Shown here: positions 18,320 through 26,640 of the stretch, piece by piece | How the letters are laid out: each line of letters opens with the position of its first letter | Numbering within the stretch: the first letter of the stretch is position 1 | From: Candidatus Multivorans sp. | GTDB lineage: Bacteria > Acidobacteriota > Thermoanaerobaculia > Multivoradales > Multivoraceae | DNA: 64,000 nucleotides | Assembly (NCBI GenBank): GCA_965247095.1 | Contig: OZ251997.1 | Span: forward strand, 4,192,001 to 4,256,000 | Direction of reading: 5' to 3' | Position numbers and translations under genes: made by a program | The notes under the pieces: generated by a model | The model's input: the letters and a program-made list of their open reading frames with translations, nothing else | Databases searched by the model: none | Told to the model about the DNA's origin: nothing

Positions 18320-21300
18320 ATGGCGCAGTTGGCCATCCCAGGGACCTGGTCTCGGCCCGTGGCCCTGGCCGCTGCCCTCGTCGCGTTGACGCTGCCGGCT
18401 TCGGCGGTTCGGGCGCAGCGGCTTCTGACCTTGGACCCGGGCGTCGCCGCAGCGTCGTCGGCGGGTGTCCCCGGCCCGTCGATGGGGCCGGTGCCTGTGG
18501 CGGTGCAGGTCGATCTCGAGTTGCTGCGCGGGGGCCCGGCCTGGCTTGAGGTGCCAACACCGGACGGTAGCGTGCTGTCGGCGGAACGGAGCGTGTTCGA
18601 GGACCGGGGGCGCGGCGACCTGATGTGGTCCGGGGGGCAGCGCGGCGCCGGGTACGACACGGTGGTGCTGACGGTGGAAGGAGGACGTCTCGTGGGCCGG
18701 TTCGGCGCGGCGGGCGGCGGCGCATACGAGATCCACGCGGAGCGGAACGGCAGGGGCGGAATGACGCCGATCGGGGGTCCCCGGGCGGGCGGGGCCGCCG
18801 AGCCGTTCTGCGCAGTGGAGGCGGTCGCTCAGGGCGCCCGCAAGGCGGCTGCCCATGGCCGGTCAGGAGACATGGCGGCGGATTCTCCCTTGCGGGTGAG
18901 CGATCCGCAGAGCCACGAACGACTGGACATCCTTGTGGCGTACACGGCCACCGCGGCCGAGAACTGGGCCGACCGCGGCGGGGCCGTGGCGGCGGTCCGT
19001 TACGCCGGCGACTACCTGAAGATGGTGTTTCGGAACAACGAGCTCCCGGTCGAGCCGCACATCGTGCATGTCGCGCAGGCGTCGGCTGCTCTGGATCGGG
19101 CAGGGAGAGACCTGCCCTGGCGCGAGGGTCAGCGATACATTAGTCCTCTGTGGGTGCAGATCGACCGGGACGGGGAACTGTCAAGCCTGCGCCATGAGCA
19201 CCGGGCCGACATGGTGCATCTCTTCACGGGCGAGCGCGCGCCCCTGGTCGGCGCCTGCGGCTCGGCTTACTTGCTTGGCGAGGGCCGTACGGCAGAGAAC
19301 TTCTCCGGTTTCGCCTACGGCTGGACCACGAACAACCCGGTCGTGTGCCCCTCCGACTACGCCGTCATTTTCGCGCACGAGATCGGACACGGGCTGGGCG
19401 CCCACCACGATCCCTGGTACATCCCGAGTCGGAGGTCCCTTTATAGGCCGTACGCTGTCGGCTACGCGAACTTCGACGTCATGCCGAGCCTCGGCACGGC
19501 GATGAGCTATGAGGGCCAGGTCGAGCCGTTCTTTTCGACTCCCCGGATCCGGCCGTTCGGCGCGGTGGTCGGCGTGGCCGGCGAGCAGGACAACGAGGGG
19601 ACCTTGCGCGAGACGGTCCACCTCGGCGTGCGGTACAGCGACTACCTGATGTCGGTGGACGGCCTTCCGGCGGCGCCAGGCGATCTTCGGGTTCAGTTCG
19701 ACGACGGCGCCGCGCGCCTCTCCTGGCGGGACAACGCGCCGGACGCGGACGGCTACGAGGCGGCCTGGAGAGTGGAGGAAGATGTCGGCCACTGGAGCTC
19801 GTGGGAGCTTGTGGCGCTTGAAGGCCGCACCGAGGCGACCCTCCCTCTGGAGTTGACGGGCAGGCTGTACGAGTTCTGGGTCAGAGCGACGGAGGGCGAA
19901 GCGTTGTCTCTGCGCAGCGACATCGTTCCGCTGGTCGTCCCCGGCGAACCGCTTGCGGCGCCGTCGAACGTCTCCGTTACGGTCGACCCCGACCTCGGAG
20001 AGGTCAATGTCCGCTGGACCGACAACTCGGACGACGAAGAGGGGTTCGACGTGCAACTGCTCCAGGACGGCGAGCCGCTTCATCGGGTCCGGGCACAGTC
20101 GGACACGGGGACTGCTCGGTTCATCTGGTTCCACATGGAACTTCAGGTCGGCGCCCGATTCGCTGTGCGCGTGTTCGCCTACAACAGCTCGGGCTATTCC
20201 GAGAGTGGCGAGGCGTCCTTCCGGTGGGCGCACTCGCGGGCGGCGGAGCCGGTTGCCGATGTCGTCGCTTCGGCCGTCGGTCCGACGACGGTGCGGGTGG
20301 CCTGGACGGTCGACCCAGAGATCGACAACTACCGTGTTGACGCGTTTCTCCAAGGTTGGACCGATGCGCAGGTGTTCGCTTCGAAAGATTCCCTCGACGG
20401 CGCGGCTTGGCTGGACTTCGAGGGCCTCGCTCGCGGCGGCCGCTACAGGTTCAGGGTGTTGCCGATCTCCAGGCGGGACTCAAGCTCCGCCTACCTGACT
20501 CTGGGCGGGCGGGCCGCGGGCCCCGAGGCCCCTTCGGGCGTTTCCTGGGTGAAATTGGACGATGGGAATGTCCGTGTGAGCTGGAGGGACAACTCGAGCG
20601 ACGAACTGGGGTTCGCGGTCCAGGTCGGCAGAGTGGCGGGTTGGTGGAGGGTGGCCAGGGTCCCTCCAGACGCGGAATCGGCCATCGTGTATTCGCAGTA
20701 TTCGCCACCGGATGGCCGTTTGCTCCGCGTGTTTGCATACAACGAACGCGGATTCTCCCTGAGCAGTCCCCAACTGCACGGGCCCCCGCTCCTGTGTCAC
20801 GTCACGGCCACCGCCGGCGACGGGGAGGTCTGCGTGGGCTGGGCCGTGTGCATCCGCGAGGCGGTGACCGGGATGCAGGTGCGCTGGAAGGCCTCGGCGG
20901 AACTACCCTTCGATGACGCGGTCGACGCCTGGACGGACCTGCCGGCAACCCTAGTGGAGTACACCGCGACGGATCTTGACAACGGCACGGAGTACACCTT
21001 TGAAGTGCGGGCCGTGGCGCCGGGCGGCGCGGGCCGGGCGGAGACCGTCGACGCGACGCCCCGCGCCTCCCGGAAGCCTTCCTTCGAGCTTGACATTCGG
21101 TGCGACGACGAGCTGTGCCGCACGCTGACGGGTGCGCTGGTGTCGTTCGTGGATACGAGCAACGGCAACGTGACGGAGAGGCGCTGGGATTTCGGCGACG
21201 GCGCCGGGTCGGACCTGCGGTCTCCGACCCACGCGTGGTCTTCGCCCGGCTACTATGACGTCACGCTGACAGTAGGAGACGGTTCAAGTTCGGGCTCGAC

Positions 21301-22195
21301 GACGCGTACGGTGCTGGTGGAGGCGGCGGCGCCGGCCGGTTCCTGCCGGGCCGACGCGGAAACGCTCTGCCTGCGGGACTCGCGTTTCGAAGTGAAGATG
21401 GACTGGTGGACCGCCGCCGGCGAGTCGGGCGTCGGACGGGTGGTTCACGCGGCCACCAACGACTCGGGGCTGTTCCGGTTCTTCGAACCCGAGAACTGGG
21501 AGGTGCTGGTCAAGGTGCTGGACGGCTGCGAGATCAACCGAAGGACATGGGTGCTGGGTGCTTCGGCGACCGATCTGGGCTACCGGATCAGGGTCACCGA
21601 CACGGCTACCGGCGCCTCTCGGTCGTACGAGAACGAGCCCGGCCGAGTGGCGCCGGCGATCGTCGATACCGACGCGTTCCCCGGGGCCTGCGACGGCGTC
21701 GTGTCGGCCGGCGCCTCGGTCGTCGAAACCGCTGGAAGCCGAGTCTCCAGAGGCTTGACGAACGGCCCGGACGGCGCCGAGCCCGCGTTGGTGGCGGCGG
21801 AGCAGCTCACGGGATGGTGTTGGGATCGTGAGGACTTTCTGTGTCTGCATGACCGCCAATTCCTGGTGCAGGTCGCTGCGCATCCGGTGGGCGGAGGGCG
21901 TCACATCGGCCGGGTTGCGCGGGCGCGTACGGACGAGTCGGGCGTCTTCTACTTCTTCGACCCGGAGAACTGGGAGGTGCTGGCGAAGGTGGTGGACGGC
22001 TGTGCGATCAACGGGCACTACTGGGTGTTTGCTGCTTCGGCGACCGATATGGGGCTCCACTTCTCGGTGCAGAGTACGGATTGGGAGCAGGGGGACGTCG
22101 TTCTCAGGGGGTGGATCACCAAGCCGGGCGAGCCGGCGCCGGCGATCATCAACACGGAGGCCTTCGCGTGCGTTACTCTCGCGCCGCCGAACTGA
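18320..22195 (+). CDS. Large secreted metzincin (M12B/reprolysin-like) metallopeptidase with FN3 repeats, PKD domain and two C-terminal Cys-flanked domains
   Basis: HEIGHGLGAHH plus Met-turn TAMSY; repeated W.DNS..E.GF FN3 motifs; WDFGDG PKD motif; two FF.PENWEVL.KV.DGC repeats. Confidence 0.88.
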   Translation: MAQLAIPGTWSRPVALAAALVALTLPASAVRAQRLLTLDPGVAAASSAGVPGPSMGPVPVAVQVDLELLRGGPAWLEVPTPDGSVLSAERSVFEDRGRGDLMWSGGQRGAGYDTVVLTVEGGRLVGRFGAAGGGAYEIHAERNGRGGMTPIGGPRAGGAAEPFCAVEAVAQGARKAAAHGRSGDMAADSPLRVSDPQSHERLDILVAYTATAAENWADRGGAVAAVRYAGDYLKMVFRNNELPVEPHIVHVAQASAALDRAGRDLPWREGQRYISPLWVQIDRDGELSSLRHEHRADMVHLFTGERAPLVGACGSAYLLGEGRTAENFSGFAYGWTTNNPVVCPSDYAVIFAHEIGHGLGAHHDPWYIPSRRSLYRPYAVGYANFDVMPSLGTAMSYEGQVEPFFSTPRIRPFGAVVGVAGEQDNEGTLRETVHLGVRYSDYLMSVDGLPAAPGDLRVQFDDGAARLSWRDNAPDADGYEAAWRVEEDVGHWSSWELVALEGRTEATLPLELTGRLYEFWVRATEGEALSLRSDIVPLVVPGEPLAAPSNVSVTVDPDLGEVNVRWTDNSDDEEGFDVQLLQDGEPLHRVRAQSDTGTARFIWFHMELQVGARFAVRVFAYNSSGYSESGEASFRWAHSRAAEPVADVVASAVGPTTVRVAWTVDPEIDNYRVDAFLQGWTDAQVFASKDSLDGAAWLDFEGLARGGRYRFRVLPISRRDSSSAYLTLGGRAAGPEAPSGVSWVKLDDGNVRVSWRDNSSDELGFAVQVGRVAGWWRVARVPPDAESAIVYSQYSPPDGRLLRVFAYNERGFSLSSPQLHGPPLLCHVTATAGDGEVCVGWAVCIREAVTGMQVRWKASAELPFDDAVDAWTDLPATLVEYTATDLDNGTEYTFEVRAVAPGGAGRAETVDATPRASRKPSFELDIRCDDELCRTLTGALVSFVDTSNGNVTERRWDFGDGAGSDLRSPTHAWSSPGYYDVTLTVGDGSSSGSTTRTVLVEAAAPAGSCRADAETLCLRDSRFEVKMDWWTAAGESGVGRVVHAATNDSGLFRFFEPENWEVLVKVLDGCEINRRTWVLGASATDLGYRIRVTDTATGASRSYENEPGRVAPAIVDTDAFPGACDGVVSAGASVVETAGSRVSRGLTNGPDGAEPALVAAEQLTGWCWDREDFLCLHDRQFLVQVAAHPVGGGRHIGRVARARTDESGVFYFFDPENWEVLAKVVDGCAINGHYWVFAASATDMGLHFSVQSTDWEQGDVVLRGWITKPGEPAPAIINTEAFACVTLAPPN

Positions 22196-22221
22196 CACGG
22201 CCTGGTTGGGACCCTCTCGCG

Positions 22222-23397
22222 CTAGATCGCAGCCAACAGGTCCCCCAACTGCTCCAGGCTCGCCAGGTTGTGCACTGGCAGGAAGTCGTCGGTGTGGGGG
22301 AGAGCGGCCACAATACCGCGGGTGAGGGGCTCGTAGCGGGGGGAGCCCAGCAGCGGATTGAGCCAGATGAGGCGGTGGCAGCTTCGGTGGAGGCGTTCCA
22401 TTTCCTTGCCGAGGAGGGCGATGTCGCCGCGGTCCCAGCCGTCGCTGATGATGAGGACTGCGGCGCCCTGGCCGAGGAGGCGTCGGCCCCAGACGAAGTT
22501 GAACTCGCGCAGGGCCTCGCCCGTGCGGGTGCCGCCGCCCCAGTCTTCGATGCGGTGGGCGGAGGCCTGGAGAGCGCGGTCGACGTCGCGTTCGGCGAGT
22601 TCGCGGGTGAGGCGCGTGAGGCGGGTGCCGAAGGCGAAGGCCTCGACTTTCGATACGCCCGGGTCGGCGGATCTCGGGTGGGAGACGGCGTAGATGAAGT
22701 GGAGCAGCAGCCGCGAGTAGGGCTCCATGGAGCCGGAGATGTCGCAGAGCAGCACCAGGGGCCGCCGCCGGTGCTTGCGGTCGCGGCCGACCAGGTCGAT
22801 CAGCTCGCCGCCGTGGGCGAGGTTGCGACGGAGCGTACGGCGCAGGTCGAGGCGGTGGCCGCCGGAGCTGGGCCGGAGCCGGCGGGTGCGGCGGGTCTCG
22901 AGCTGCCAGTGCATGGACGCCATCAACTGCTTGATCTCGTCGAGTTCGTCGCCTTCGAGCCCCGCGAAGTCCTTGCGCCGGAGCGCTTCGCGGGCGCTGT
23001 AGAGGGCCGTATGGGCGGTGCGGTCGCGGTCTTCCGAGCGGTCGCCGTCGCCGTCGTTCAGCGCCAGCTTCTGGATCGCCGACCGCTTCGTCCGCTCGGT
23101 GTGGCGCTGGATCATCAGACCCAGTTCGAGATGCTCGAGTTCGCGCGGGTCGCGGGCCTGCCAGAAGAGCTCGAATGCCTTCTCGAACCACGGCAGATCA
23201 CGTCGCCGGCTGACCAGGACGGCCCGTGCAGCCGCCTTCACGTCGCGCTTGCGGGCGATGTCGACGAGTTCGAGAGCCGCCACCCAGTCCCGGAGCTGGG
23301 TCGGCGTCACGTCCAGGCTGCCCACCCGCAGCAGGCGGCCGAAGAGGACGATGTTGCGCAGCAGGTGGCCGGTGGCCGGCGCTGCCGTTTCAGTCAT
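22222..23397 (-). CDS. coxE: VWA domain protein, CoxE-like
   Basis: LCDISGSME MIDAS, FAFGTRLT, WGGGTRTG, ISDGWDRG and IWLNPL motifs; start trimmed to ATG at 23397. Confidence 0.88.
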   Translation of the reverse strand: MTETAAPATGHLLRNIVLFGRLLRVGSLDVTPTQLRDWVAALELVDIARKRDVKAAARAVLVSRRRDLPWFEKAFELFWQARDPRELEHLELGLMIQRHTERTKRSAIQKLALNDGDGDRSEDRDRTAHTALYSAREALRRKDFAGLEGDELDEIKQLMASMHWQLETRRTRRLRPSSGGHRLDLRRTLRRNLAHGGELIDLVGRDRKHRRRPLVLLCDISGSMEPYSRLLLHFIYAVSHPRSADPGVSKVEAFAFGTRLTRLTRELAERDVDRALQASAHRIEDWGGGTRTGEALREFNFVWGRRLLGQGAAVLIISDGWDRGDIALLGKEMERLHRSCHRLIWLNPLLGSPRYEPLTRGIVAALPHTDDFLPVHNLASLEQLGDLLAAI

Positions 23398-23601
23398 CGA
23401 TCCAGCGGGGCGGGACTCATGGAGCGCTTCGTCTTCAGCCATTTCCGGGATTCCCGCAAGATCGTTTCCCCGCGGCATTCCCTGCTGGCAGTGAACTCGC
23501 GGACCGGGACCGGCCAGAGGATAGCGAGGCCGTAGACTCCTGCCATCTCCGTGGATGGCTGTTGGCGACGAATGGTCGTGCCGTGAACGAGGAAGAGCCC
23601 C

Positions 23602-24966
23602 ATGAGAATGTTCATCGCGTTCGTTGCGCTGGTGCTGGCTGCCGTGCCCGCAGCAGCCGAGGATCTCTACAACAAGGACGGCGTGCAGCTCTGGACCTCG
23701 GCGCGTCTTGTGACCCGCGATGCGGCGACCTGCCATGTGCTGGAGGACCGATACCCGGACGAGGAGTACCAGCGCTTGAAGGCGAACGAGGGGCAGTCGC
23801 TGCACGTGTGGCGGATGGACCTGACCGCGGCGAACTACTCGGGCAAGGTGATCGAGTACCTGCGCGGCAGCGTGGACGTTGAATCGGAGTGGCCGCCATG
23901 CACCAACTGGGACTGGGACGTGTTGCAGGACTACCCGGGAGGTGTGGACTGGGCGGGTGGCATCCTGAGCTTTCAGCAGGTGACCGACATGCAGCCCGGT
24001 GAGGAGGCGGGCGAGACCATGTTCCTCCTGGCGTTCCATGACCAGGAGCCGGGGTTCGGCCGCTGGAGCATCGACTACAACTTCTCCGAGGCCGCGCCGG
24101 CTTCAGCCGACCGCGGCGTTCCGAGCGGGCGCGCGCCCGGAGCCGGCACACCCAGCGACCGGCAGTCGGCGGCGCCCGGCCGCGCCGCCGACCCGCCTCT
24201 CGCGGCCCGCCCGTCTAGGCAGGCGGGCGATGTGTTCCGGGACACGCTTCGTTCGGGCGGCACGGGCCCGGAGATGGTGGTGATACCGGCGGGGAGTTTT
24301 CGTATGGGCTGCGTGTCGGGTGTGGGCTGCTTTGACGACGAGCATCCGGTCCACCAGGTGACGATTCCTCAGGCGTTGGCGGTCGTGAAGTACGAGGTGA
24401 CGTTCGCGGAGTGGGACGCCTGCGTGTCGGGTGGCGGTTGCAGTCATCGTCCCGATGACGCGTGGGGCCGCGGGCGGCACCCAGTGATGCGCGTGTCGTG
24501 GGATGACGCCCAGGAGTATGTGCGTTGGCTGTCGTCGCAGACGGGTGCTGAGTATCGTTTGCTGAGCGAGTCGGAGTGGGAGTACGCGGCTCGTGCCGGG
24601 TCGAGCACGGCGTACAGTTGGGGGAACGAGATCGGTTCGGGTCGCGCGAACTGCAATGGTTGCGGCAGCCAGTGGGACGGTTCGCAGACGGTGCCGGTGG
24701 GTTCGTTTTCGCCGAACGGGTGGGGCCTCCACGACATGCATGGCAACGTGTGGGAGTGGGTGCAGGACTGCTGGAACGGAAGCTACAGCGTCGCGCCGTC
24801 GAACGGCGGCGCTTGGCAGCAGGGTCATTGCTCCCGTCGCGTTTTGCGCGGTGGTTCCTGGGGCGACGATCCGTGGGACCTCCGCTCCGCGTACCGCTTC
24901 AGGAACGCCTCCGGCTACCGCTACGACTTCCTCGGTTTTCGTGTAGCCCGGACGCTCACCCCTTGA
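23602..24966 (+). CDS. DGR target protein: signal peptide, unknown N-terminal domain, Pro/Ala linker, FGE-sulfatase (C-type lectin fold) domain with C-terminal VR
   Basis: PEMVVIPAGSFRMG, YEVTFAEW, PVMRVSW, RLLSESEWEYAARAG, GLHDMHGNVWEW and RGGSW...GFRVAR motifs; VR matches TR. Confidence 0.95.
   Translation: MRMFIAFVALVLAAVPAAAEDLYNKDGVQLWTSARLVTRDAATCHVLEDRYPDEEYQRLKANEGQSLHVWRMDLTAANYSGKVIEYLRGSVDVESEWPPCTNWDWDVLQDYPGGVDWAGGILSFQQVTDMQPGEEAGETMFLLAFHDQEPGFGRWSIDYNFSEAAPASADRGVPSGRAPGAGTPSDRQSAAPGRAADPPLAARPSRQAGDVFRDTLRSGGTGPEMVVIPAGSFRMGCVSGVGCFDDEHPVHQVTIPQALAVVKYEVTFAEWDACVSGGGCSHRPDDAWGRGRHPVMRVSWDDAQEYVRWLSSQTGAEYRLLSESEWEYAARAGSSTAYSWGNEIGSGRANCNGCGSQWDGSQTVPVGSFSPNGWGLHDMHGNVWEWVQDCWNGSYSVAPSNGGAWQQGHCSRRVLRGGSWGDDPWDLRSAYRFRNASGYRYDFLGFRVARTLTP
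24833..24958 (+). repeat. DGR variable repeat (VR)
   Basis: 126-bp ungapped match to 26262-26387; 21 of 22 mismatches are at TR adenines. Confidence 0.97.
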
Positions 24967-24998
24967 GTCTTTACCTCTTTACCTCTTTGTGGGGGGTT

Positions 24999-25022
24999 CC
25001 AAGGGGGGCTTGCCCCCCTTGG
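24999..25022. promoter_or_regulatory. GC-rich hairpin/cruciform downstream of VR (DGR target-recognition element)
   Basis: ccaagggggg-cttg-ccccccttgg perfect 10-11 bp stem, preceded by tandem tctttacc tctttacc tcttt. Confidence 0.8.
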
Positions 25023-25062
25023 TCCGTCGCGTAGGCTGCGTTGCCAACCTGAGAGCCCCTTC

Positions 25063-25473
25063 TTGACGCCGCACGAGGAACAACCCGAAGGTGGTATTGC
25101 GCCCGCCCACCGCGCCCGCACGACGGGCGCTGCGCTGGAGTCCCACTACCGGTTCATCCTCTGGCTGGTTCCGGCGGTGGAGCGTTTCCCCCGCAGCCGC
25201 AAGTTCCTGCTCGGCGACCGCATCCAGAACACCGCCCTCGATGTACTGGAGCGCCTCATCGAGGCGACCTACACCCGCCGCCGGTCCGGTCACTTGGCCG
25301 TCGCCAACCTGGGCCTGGAGAAGCTTCGCTTCCTGTTCCGCTTGGCCTGGGACCTGCGCGTCCTGGATCGCCGGCGCTACGAGTACGCCGCCCGGTGTAT
25401 CGACGAGACGGGGCGCAAGGTCGGCGCCTGGCGCAAGGTGCATAGTGCCCGCGAGAGCGCGCAATCTGTTTGA
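25063..25473 (+). CDS. avd: DGR accessory variability determinant (Avd, four-helix bundle)
   Basis: RFPRSRKFLLGDRI...LEKLRFLFRLA.DL...YEY....IDETGRKVGAW; lies between VR and RT. Confidence 0.9.
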   Translation: MTPHEEQPEGGIAPAHRARTTGAALESHYRFILWLVPAVERFPRSRKFLLGDRIQNTALDVLERLIEATYTRRRSGHLAVANLGLEKLRFLFRLAWDLRVLDRRRYEYAARCIDETGRKVGAWRKVHSARESAQSV

Positions 25474-26375
25474 CCGCATCGCCTCCTTCGAGGCGCTGCA
25501 CGCGGCCGCGCTGCGCGCCGCGCGGGCGAAGCGTGGGAAGCCCGGTGTGGCGGCCTTCCTCGCCAACCTGGAAACCGAGGTGCTGCGTCTCGAACGGGAG
25601 CTCAAGAGCGGCCTCTACTGCCCGGGGCGCTACACGAAGATCGAGATTCACGACCCGAAGCACCGCATCGTGTCCGCGGCCCCCTTCCGCGACCGGGTGG
25701 TCCACCACGCCTTCTGCGCCGTGTGCGAGCCGATCTTCGAGCGCGGCTTCATTCACGACAGCTACGCGAACCGCGTCGGCAAGGGCACCCACCGGGCGGT
25801 CGCCCGCTACGAGAAGTTCCGCGACCGGTCCCGGTACGTCCTGCGCTGCGACATCTTCCGCTACTTCCACACGATCGACCACGAGATCCTGAAGCGCGAC
25901 CTGCGCCGCCGGCTGGCCTGCGAGCGCACCCTGGACCTGGCGGACCGGATCATCGACGGGTCGAACCCGCAGGAGCCGGTCTACCAGCATTTCCCAGGCG
26001 ACGTCGGAACCAACGAAGTTCCTGGGCTTCGTGCTGCTGCCCGGCGGCCGTCGGCGCTTGCCCGAGGACAACGTCCGACGATTCCGCAACCGGCTCCGCG
26101 GCCTGCGCGACCGCTGGCGGCACGGGACGGTGGCCGAAGACGAAGTGCGCCGACGAGTCCAGTCCTGGATTGCCCACGCCGAGCACGCGGACACCTGGCG
26201 TCTGCGTCAAACGATCTTCCGCGACGGGTGGTTCGACCCGGCGCGGGGGCCTGGCTCTCCCCCCGACGCGTTTTGCGCGGTGGTTCCTGGAACAACAAAC
26301 CGAGGAACCTCCGCTCCGCGAACCGCAACAGGAACACCACCGACAACCGCAACAACAACAACGGTTTTCGTGTAG
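25445..26375 (+). pseudogene. DGR reverse transcriptase with internal deletion of the catalytic core and a frameshift
   Basis: N part from GTG 25445 has PKHRIVSAAPFRDRVVHHA, SYANRVGKGTH and LRCDIFRYFHTIDH up to FPGD. Near 26000 it switches frame to TSEPTKFLGF...WIAHAEHADTWRLR. No GLPIGN..SQ or YxDD motif is present. Confidence 0.9.
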
Positions 26376-26387
26376 CCCGCACGCTCA
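26262..26387 (+). ncRNA. DGR template repeat (TR)
   Basis: Adenine-rich copy of VR with 11 AAC codons in the target frame (RGGSWNNKPRNLRSANRNRNTTDNRNNNNGFRVAR). Confidence 0.95.
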
Positions 26388-26597
26388 ATAGCCGGAGTCG
26401 GCGCCGTCACGGCAGCGCCGGGAGCGCAGTGAGCGTCCAGGGAGGGTCATGATGAGACCCGGTTGCCGCCCCTCTTGCCCCGGTTGCGGGGGAGGGGCGG
26501 CTGCCAAGTGGCCCGGGAGGCCGCTTCACTTGCTTGCATCGCCTGCCGGGCGAAGGTAGATTGCGCGTAGATACCCGCCGGCAGCGTGCTGTCGGCT

Positions 26598-26631
26598 CAA
26601 GGGCTGCTCTTCGGGGCAGCCCTTGCTTTTT
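26598..26631 (+). terminator. Intrinsic terminator-like hairpin with cUUCGg loop
   Basis: caagggctgctc-ttcg-gggcagcccttg followed by cttttt. Confidence 0.65.
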
Positions 26632-26640
26632 GGGGACAGT

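Noticed and set aside
26290-26362. AAC microsatellite or low-complexity repeat
   Set aside because: Explained as the Asn-codon-rich DGR template repeat
25445-26375. RT as a group II intron, retron or CRISPR-associated RT
   Set aside because: The adjacent avd and an adenine-specific TR/VR pair identify a DGR; no intron domain V, msr/msd or cas genes were seen
25091-26452. 453-aa ORF-track protein as an intact reverse transcriptase
   Set aside because: It starts inside avd, has no YxDD, and after FPGD runs out of the RT frame into TR read in the target frame; it is a product of the deletion
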